Shown here in pieces: positions 57,986 to 64,000 of a stretch of 64,000 bases of DNA. A model generated the notes under the pieces. It was not told the origin of the DNA, did no database searches, and was given only the letters and a program-made list of their open reading frames with translations. The stretch is from positions 343,424 to 407,423 of the forward strand of contig JACPSK010000001.1 of the NCBI GenBank assembly GCA_016193335.1. Reading direction: 5' to 3'. The DNA comes from Candidatus Magasanikiibacteriota bacterium (lineage in GTDB: Bacteria; Patescibacteriota; Patescibacteriia; Magasanikbacterales; UBA922). Every line of letters starts with the position of its first letter. The stretch's first letter is position 1. Both the position numbers and the translations under genes were made by a program.

Positions 57986-58519
57986 TTACGGTATTAATTT
58001 TTTAACCTTGGCACGCATTTCTTCCAATTCCATTGGGCCCCTTTTGTGGTCAGTAATGTCTCCGCGGACATCAACGAAGATAGTCTCAGGCATTGAAAAA
58101 GCGCCAATTCCCCTATAAAAAGAGTCATCCGGATCAAGTAAATATAAAACATTCCCCAGTCCTGCCAGGCGGTCAGTATATTCCCTGGCGATTTCAAGTG
58201 ATTCACCTCGATTTATAGCGATCACCAAAATTTTTTCGCCAAATTCTTTTTGCAGGGTAATAAAATCCGGCAACTCGTTTTTACAAAATGGACACCATGA
58301 CGCCCAGGAGTTAATTACAAGTGTTTTCCCGACTAAACCGCGTAGACTTACGTCCTTTCCACTGTAATCTTTTAGAACCAGATCGGGAATAGCCGTGCTT
58401 TTTGTTGTTTCACTCGTCGGGGTAGCGGCCGATGGCGGAGTTGAAACTACGGGCTTGCATCCCGCTCCCATGATAACCGATACGGTGAAGAAAGTAGTAA
58501 TGAAAAATATTTTCGACAT
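57986..58519 (-). CDS. TlpA/ResA-like thioredoxin lipoprotein
   Basis: GAGC lipobox; WASWCPFC; MPET. Confidence 0.9.
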   Translation of the reverse strand: MSKIFFITTFFTVSVIMGAGCKPVVSTPPSAATPTSETTKSTAIPDLVLKDYSGKDVSLRGLVGKTLVINSWASWCPFCKNELPDFITLQKEFGEKILVIAINRGESLEIAREYTDRLAGLGNVLYLLDPDDSFYRGIGAFSMPETIFVDVRGDITDHKRGPMELEEMRAKVKKLIP

Positions 58520-58620
58520 ATATTCTTGACTGTAAATCATCCGCCTCCGGTTCTGATTGATCAGAACCAGAAAGAATGTCTAAATTATCCTCAACAGGAT
58601 AATTTAGCTGGCTATTTGTA

Positions 58621-58803
58621 TCAGCAAGAGCACGTTGCGCAGTCGCAGCTGCCGCAAGTCCCATCACCATCTTTATGCTTGTCGTGGCCGCATGATGAAC
58701 ACGAACCACCATCGCTTGTTTTCATGCCACACGTGTGTGTTGCGCCCTCGACTCCGGCGCAGGCCTGGCATGAACCGGCCGGCATTGGTTGAGACTGATC
58801 CAT
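58621..58803 (-). CDS. 60-aa metallothionein-like peptide
   Basis: CQAC..HTC..CSSCGHDKH..CGSCDCATCSC. Confidence 0.7.
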   Translation of the reverse strand: MDQSQPMPAGSCQACAGVEGATHTCGMKTSDGGSCSSCGHDKHKDGDGTCGSCDCATCSC

Positions 58804-58846
58804 AGTATATATAGTTACAAGTTACATTAGTAAATTCGACCTTTGG

Positions 58847-59797
58847 CTATTTAAACAGTTCCGTATCCGGATGCGCCGCTGCCCAACTGAACCAGTAGAC
58901 GGCCACGGGGTTCAAACGCTCGAGCGTCCCGTCCGGTTTCTTTTCAAACAATCGGACCGCTTCGATGTCGGTATCGTACTCTCCTACTATTATTTTCCCG
59001 GCAAGGCTGTCTTCAATTTTCCCGGCCCTCTGAATGGCGACCGGATAATAGGCCTTGGCGTGACCATTTACCACCAAACCGAGAACAAGTTCTTTATCGT
59101 CCAATCGATTGTCAGTATGATTTATCGGGAAGTACGTCCCAGACGTGGTGTAATAATTTCCATATGGGTCGGTGCCGTAATCGCGAATCTGACCGGTGTT
59201 ACGAGACAAGACTTCGCCTTGTGGGAATGCTCTTTTCCAAGCGCCAAAGCGAATGATGTCCGATGCTAGTACCTTAAGTTTTGTACCCGTCATGTCCCCG
59301 ACGATCGCCTCACCAAGCACTTGGGACCACAAACTATGTGTTTTTCGGTCATACATCACGAGGTTTGAATTCCATAATTTCCCCGAAGTGCCAAATTCAA
59401 CGCGTTCACCGGCCACTACCGGATCAAATACAATGCCCGAACGACAGAGCGGACAATAGGTCACGAGCACGCGAATATCATCGAACAAGTCATTCACTAT
59501 TTCGTGCCATACCAAAATTTGAAAAGGATAAAAACGAGACCGGCCTTTATAATTAAGTGCCAAACCAATTTCAGCTTCACTTAAAAATTTTTCCGCTTCA
59601 TCAATTGCAACAAATTGCGGGTGGTCAATCGGAGGAATCCCGTCGGGCGGCGGGCCACCGTTCACAATTTCATCCAAAGGAACACTACGCTTTACCCCGC
59701 CAAAAAGACGAACCTGTTTTTCATAACCCCGCCAAACCAGCAAGCTTGGTACCAAGAGCGCAATTGCTATAATGGCATAGGTTATTTTTTGCGACAT
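58847..59797 (-). CDS. DUF3179-like exported CxxC protein
   Basis: GGPPPDGIPPID, WHEIVND, TYCPLC, FGTSGKLWNSNLVMYD. Confidence 0.85.
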   Translation of the reverse strand: MSQKITYAIIAIALLVPSLLVWRGYEKQVRLFGGVKRSVPLDEIVNGGPPPDGIPPIDHPQFVAIDEAEKFLSEAEIGLALNYKGRSRFYPFQILVWHEIVNDLFDDIRVLVTYCPLCRSGIVFDPVVAGERVEFGTSGKLWNSNLVMYDRKTHSLWSQVLGEAIVGDMTGTKLKVLASDIIRFGAWKRAFPQGEVLSRNTGQIRDYGTDPYGNYYTTSGTYFPINHTDNRLDDKELVLGLVVNGHAKAYYPVAIQRAGKIEDSLAGKIIVGEYDTDIEAVRLFEKKPDGTLERLNPVAVYWFSWAAAHPDTELFK

Positions 59798-60768
59798 ACA
59801 GATTTTACTTTAGACATGGTCGGCCGGGCATGCCACGGACACAACTCGCCGTGAATCTTGTGATCGTCATAGGCAGACGTAGCCGCCACCGCGCCCGTTG
59901 CCGCCGCGGTAATATCTTGCTTGAAGGCGCCGAAGTGATTCACTGCGTCCCCAGCCGAAAAAACGCCATCCACGTTTGTTCCCATCAGATTGTCAACTTT
60001 TATATAGCCCTTCTCATCGAGCTCAAGCCCAAGTTGTTTAGCCAGTTCGATATTCGGAACCGCGCCAATTTCCACAAATAAGCCATCAACAACAAGTTCA
60101 GATGATCCATTATATTGTTTGGATAGGGTAATTTTTTCCAACTGCTTTTCACCAACTGCCGCAGTGACCTCAGTTTCAAAAAGTACCGTAACCTTATTGC
60201 CGAGAGCCTGCATCCGTTCATAGTTAATGGGATCAGCCTTAACTTCTTTGCCGCGGACAATCAAATAAATTTTACTCACGTATTCGGCGGCTAAATTTAA
60301 TCCTTTCACGGCCGCGTCACCGCTACCAACGAGCGCGATCGTTTTATTTCGGTACAACGGTCCATCGCAGGTCACACAATAACTAATACCATGGCCGGTT
60401 AATTGTTTTTCATTCGGCAACCCCAGTTTACGACGTTCCGCGCCCTGAGCCAGAATAATTTCGTGCGCTTGATATATCTTGTCGCCAGCGGTGACTTCAA
60501 AACAATGCTCGGCACGCTTTATCGACGTAACTTTAGCGTCGACAACAGGTGTATCAAGAGCGACGGCTTGTTCTTTGATAAGACTCATAAGTTCAAAGCC
60601 GTCCACAGCTTTGAACCCTGGATAATTTTCAATCTTCCCCGCCAGCGCAGTTTCGCCACCAAGGGTTTCACCGATCACTACCGTCTTCAAACGATAGCGG
60701 GCGGCGTAAATTGCTGCCGAAAGACCAGCCGCGCCCGAACCAACAATGATCAGATCGTACATTTCCAT
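59782..60768 (-). CDS. trxB: Thioredoxin reductase
   Basis: GSGAAGLSAA, ENYPG, SYCVTCDG, FSAGD. Confidence 0.92.
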   Translation of the reverse strand: MEMYDLIIVGSGAAGLSAAIYAARYRLKTVVIGETLGGETALAGKIENYPGFKAVDGFELMSLIKEQAVALDTPVVDAKVTSIKRAEHCFEVTAGDKIYQAHEIILAQGAERRKLGLPNEKQLTGHGISYCVTCDGPLYRNKTIALVGSGDAAVKGLNLAAEYVSKIYLIVRGKEVKADPINYERMQALGNKVTVLFETEVTAAVGEKQLEKITLSKQYNGSSELVVDGLFVEIGAVPNIELAKQLGLELDEKGYIKVDNLMGTNVDGVFSAGDAVNHFGAFKQDITAAATGAVAATSAYDDHKIHGELCPWHARPTMSKVKSVCRKK

Positions 60769-60769
60769 A

Positions 60770-61003
60770 TTAAACGCCGAGTAACGCGCTCAGTTTGGCT
60801 TTGTCAAAACCAAGCACTAATTCACCATCAATATCAATCACCGGCACGCCCATTTGTCCGGAGCGTTTCACCATTTCTTCACCCGCGGCCTGGTCGGCCG
60901 AAACATCTTTTTCTTCGTAGGCGACATTGTGCTCTTTAAAAAAGGCTTTGGCCATTTTGCAAAAACCACAGGTTGGCGTCGTATAGATAAGGACTTTATG
61001 CAT
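60770..61003 (-). CDS. Glutaredoxin-like (NrdH/YruB) protein
   Basis: YTTPTCGFC, SGQMGVPV. Confidence 0.92.
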   Translation of the reverse strand: MHKVLIYTTPTCGFCKMAKAFFKEHNVAYEEKDVSADQAAGEEMVKRSGQMGVPVIDIDGELVLGFDKAKLSALLGV

Positions 61004-61041
61004 ATGGTTGTCTGTTAAAAAAATAAATAAGTGAAGTAAAT

Positions 61042-61341
61042 TTAGCCGCAGATAAGTTTCTCCAGTTGCTTGGTGAACTCATTTCTGATGAGCATATAGC
61101 AGACCATATTACCAATTCGATGCGTTTCAAAATAGCCGTTGTCGCGCATGATCTGTAGGTGATGCGAAACCGCGTTGACACTCATATCCAAACTTTCGGC
61201 AATGTCCGAAACACAGGCTTTGTCGTACTCAAACATAAAACAAAGAATGCGCATTCGCGTTGGGTCGCCGGCCAGTTCGATCAGACGAGCTTTTTTGATC
61301 AATTCAGGATGAATGGGTATTTTTTTATAGTTTGGTTTCAT
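61042..61341 (-). CDS. ArsR/SmtB regulator
   Basis: GDPTRMRIL..CVSDIA..VSHHLQ. Confidence 0.9.
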   Translation of the reverse strand: MKPNYKKIPIHPELIKKARLIELAGDPTRMRILCFMFEYDKACVSDIAESLDMSVNAVSHHLQIMRDNGYFETHRIGNMVCYMLIRNEFTKQLEKLICG

Positions 61342-61362
61342 AGTTGCTATGGAGTGGTGATG

Positions 61363-61406
61363 TAAGTATACAGTATTCCAATATACATTGGAATACTGTA
61401 TACTTA
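61363..61406. promoter_or_regulatory. Perfect 20-bp inverted repeat upstream of arsR (candidate operator)
   Basis: taagtatacagtattccaat-atac-attggaatactgtatactta. Confidence 0.65.
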
Positions 61407-61469
61407 ATCCTGTGGATAAACAAAAAATTACGCCGAATAGCGCAAATTCCCCTGTTTCCTCGGCCATAA

Positions 61470-61860
61470 TGCCGAAATCAAGGACAAAACGCTTTCAATC
61501 AATTAAGACGATCCGAAATTTTACGGCGAAAACAAAAGCGGATTTTGCTATTAATCCAAAAAGTTACTTCTGGTGTATCTATACCACCACGCTCGAACCT
61601 ATTTTAGCAAGAATTTTTGAAATGGACGAACGCTCCGCCCCGCCGCCAGCCGCCGCAAAGCGGCGGCCTGCCTCGCAGAAAAACTTTCTTTACAATTTTT
61701 GATTTTGCGCGCGCCACCACTTTTTCTTCTAAAAGGAAAAGAAAGTTTTTCTGCTCGGCTCCGCGCTCAATCGTGCGGGGCGGCGGGGCTTCGCTTCGGC
61801 TCAGGCGGCTTTTTTTTCGGCGGGCTTACCCTTTCCTTACCCCTCCCACCCTGCGCGGAA
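61470..61860 (+). mobile_element. Probable remnant end of an integrative element (recombinase 3' fragment and GC-rich stems)
   Basis: Fragment ..KKLLLVYLYHHARTYFSKNF* resembles Parcubacteria serine-recombinase C-termini from memory; followed by ccgccccgc..gcggggcgg stems. Confidence 0.4.
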
Positions 61861-61939
61861 AAGGTTAAGGAACTCCCTGTGCATAAAATACTTGTTGCGC
61901 CTTTTCTTTTTGTTTGCTATCATTTGAATGTGTATGCAA

Positions 61940-62251
61940 ATGAAAAATATTCAAAAAATTAGAAAAGAACTGAACGACAGGAAAGCGATTCTCCGCTGTG
62001 CCGAGGAATTTAACATGGTGGGCGACCCGACACGGCTCAAAATTTGCTATCTCTTGTGTCGGCACAAAGAACTATCAGTGGGCGAGATTTCAGAAATTAT
62101 CGGCGTTTCCATTTCGGCTGTTTCTCATACGCTCAAAAAGTTGCAAAAGGCGGGCATGGTTGAAAACCGCCGAGAATTCCGAACGGTATATTACAAACTT
62201 AAACAAACGCCCCTTGCCGATATGCTCAAGGAACGACTCAATACTTTATGA
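61940..62251 (+). CDS. ArsR/SmtB regulator of the mer operon
   Basis: GDPTRLKIC..LSVGEI..SAVSHTL. Confidence 0.9.
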   Translation: MKNIQKIRKELNDRKAILRCAEEFNMVGDPTRLKICYLLCRHKELSVGEISEIIGVSISAVSHTLKKLQKAGMVENRREFRTVYYKLKQTPLADMLKERLNTL

Positions 62252-62500
62252 ATAATCTAAAGTCATCAAAAAAAAAGATTGAGTTGTGCAATTACCGGTA
62301 CGTTACTTGTGGCGCTGTGCTGTTTTACCCCTCTTCTAGTTATCGCGCTGATAACGATAGGACTTGGGGCATTTACACCATATCTTGATTACATTTTATT
62401 TCCAGCATTGGCAGTAATGGTCATTGTGACATATCTCTCGTATCGCAAATACAAAAGCGAGTGCGCCAGTTGCGATGTTATAAGTAGCAATAAACAATAA
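62248..62500 (+). CDS. merF: MerF-like mercury transporter, frameshifted at an A9 run or starting at TTG 62279
   Basis: ALCCFTP..YLDYILFPAL; the overlapping ATG at 62248 is one base out of frame. Confidence 0.8.
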
Positions 62501-62509
62501 CAAGTAATT

Positions 62510-63913
62510 ATGAAAAAATTTGACTTAATAATTATTGGCGGAGGAGCAGGCGCGTTTGCGGCCGCTATCCGTGCCAATGAGCTGAAAGCCAAAACGGCGA
62601 TTGTGAACGCTGGACTTCCGCTTGGCGGCACCTGCGTAAATGTCGGGTGTGTGCCGTCAAAGACACTTCTGTACGCCGGTGAAATGTTACACCACGCCAA
62701 ACATCACGGCGTTGCCGGTGTTGAGCTTGAAGTGAAAAATTTTGATTTTCAAAAAGTCGTGCAAGACGAACTCTCGCTCGTAGAAAAATTGCGCCAAGAG
62801 AAATACGAGAAGGTGCTAAAAAATTTAGAGTATGTAACAGCAATCGAGGGAAAAGCAAAATTTGTTTCTCAAAATGAGATAGAGGTGAACGGCGAAAGAT
62901 TGAGTGCGAAAAAATTTATTATCGCCGCGGGCTCCACCGCCAATGTGCCGCCGATTGAGAGAATCCGTGAGGTGGGCTTCGTTACGCACATTGAAGCGTT
63001 GCGCCTTGAAAAACAACCGAAGGAATTAGTCGTCATCGGTGCAGGCCCTGTCGGCTTGGAGTTTGCCCAACTGTTCAGCCGTTTTGGCACGAAAGTAACT
63101 ATTTTACAGCGCGGCGATTCAATTTTTCCGCACTCTGAAAAAGCTCTTACTGATCAGCTCGCCGAAATACTTTCAAAAGAAGGAATCATTATCAAAACAA
63201 ATGTTGAGGTGAAAAGTGCGCGTAAAGAGAACGGTAAAAAAGTCATCTTGTACACCATAAACAGCATGCAAGAAGAAACGGCCGCGGACGAGATACTTTT
63301 AGCGGCAGGCAAAACACCTAACACGCGAGGGCTTGGCCTCGATGTTGTTGGCGTTGAAGTGAACAAACAACAAGCGGTCGTCGTAAATCAGCATTTCCAA
63401 ACATCCAATCCGAAAATTTTTGCCGTCGGCGATGTAACGAGCGGACCCTTGCGGCTTGAGCCAACTGCCGGACGCGAGGGCACGCTTGCCGCAGAAAACG
63501 CCCTCAAAGGTACAACGCTTTCCATTGATTACAACGCCGTGCCCTATACTATTTTTACCGACCCCCAGCTTGCCGGTGTCGGCTTTACCGAAGATGAACA
63601 AATGAAGCAAATGGGGGTGTGCGCCTGTCGTACGGTTTCGTTTGAGGATGTGCCAAAAGCGATTATCATGCACCGCACCGAGGGAATGATAAAAATGGCG
63701 ATTCATCCGCAAACAAAGCAAATTCTCGGAGTTCACATTCTCGCGCCAAACGCCGGAGAGCTGATCGCCGAGGCGATGATGCTCATAAAAAACAAAAACA
63801 CGATTGACGATGTAACAAATTCCTTGCCGATGTTCCCAACGCTTTCCGAGGCGATAAAAATCGTCGCGCTTTCTTTTACCAAAGATATTTCTAAATTGAG
63901 TTGTTGTATCTAA
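62510..63913 (+). CDS. merA: Mercuric reductase without an NmerA domain
   Basis: GGTCVNVGCVPSK redox motif; FTDP; C-terminal LSCC; next to merF. Confidence 0.93.
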   Translation: MKKFDLIIIGGGAGAFAAAIRANELKAKTAIVNAGLPLGGTCVNVGCVPSKTLLYAGEMLHHAKHHGVAGVELEVKNFDFQKVVQDELSLVEKLRQEKYEKVLKNLEYVTAIEGKAKFVSQNEIEVNGERLSAKKFIIAAGSTANVPPIERIREVGFVTHIEALRLEKQPKELVVIGAGPVGLEFAQLFSRFGTKVTILQRGDSIFPHSEKALTDQLAEILSKEGIIIKTNVEVKSARKENGKKVILYTINSMQEETAADEILLAAGKTPNTRGLGLDVVGVEVNKQQAVVVNQHFQTSNPKIFAVGDVTSGPLRLEPTAGREGTLAAENALKGTTLSIDYNAVPYTIFTDPQLAGVGFTEDEQMKQMGVCACRTVSFEDVPKAIIMHRTEGMIKMAIHPQTKQILGVHILAPNAGELIAEAMMLIKNKNTIDDVTNSLPMFPTLSEAIKIVALSFTKDISKLSCCI

Positions 63914-63917
63914 AAAT

Positions 63918-64000
63918 ATGAGTCAAATATTAAACACCTTGTGGTTTGGTATTCGTGAGCCATTCAAGAAAATGACTTATGCTTATCTTTTTCTCGCCTC
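63918..64000 (+). CDS. Partial ORF, probable membrane protein, cut by the window end
   Basis: ATG 4 nt after the merA stop; MSQILNTLWFGIREPFKK.. open to the end. Confidence 0.5.
   Translation, partial: MSQILNTLWFGIREPFKKMTYAYLFLA

Noticed and set aside
61411-61419. DnaA box TGTGGATAA suggesting an origin
   Set aside because: Single box; no cluster and no dnaA nearby.
1-64000. CRISPR array, cas genes, intact transposase/integrase, prophage, rRNA
   Set aside because: No regularly spaced direct repeats and no recognisable motifs for these were seen.
1-64000. Alternative genetic code (UGA read as Gly) as in Gracilibacteria/Absconditabacteria
   Set aside because: Conserved genes (pth, folC, rel, aspS) end at TGA at the expected lengths.

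Overview
Bacterial chromosome segment, most likely Patescibacteria/CPR (Parcubacteria-like). This is inferred from the gene content, the rpmF-nusB-rnc order, a giant Cys-rich surface protein and DUF4012; TGA is used as a stop, so the code is standard. Positions 1-49.7 kb are mostly core and envelope genes: der, pth, dprA, folM-like, folC, topA, rel, parAB, scpAB, aspS, rsmA, tsaC, femX-like, rpmF, nusB, rnc, glycosyltransferases, three tRNAs and RNase P RNA. Positions 49.8-64 kb form an accessory island with a zwf-gnd fusion, cupin PGI, transaldolase, an ArsR-led thiol-redox cluster with metallothionein-like micropeptides, and an ArsR-merF-merA mercury operon. Two unexplained non-coding architectures stand out. 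(1) Two tandem GC-rich lipoprotein genes (19.1-20.8 kb) are each built like a miniature rRNA transcription unit: promoter, boxA-like motif, a 5' arm that pairs with a 3' arm just after the stop codon (with compensatory changes between the two units), a long leader hairpin and a strong SD. (2) Two separately promoted and terminated small RNAs between topA and rel are complementary to each other. All protein calls come from motif recognition by eye; no searches were run.
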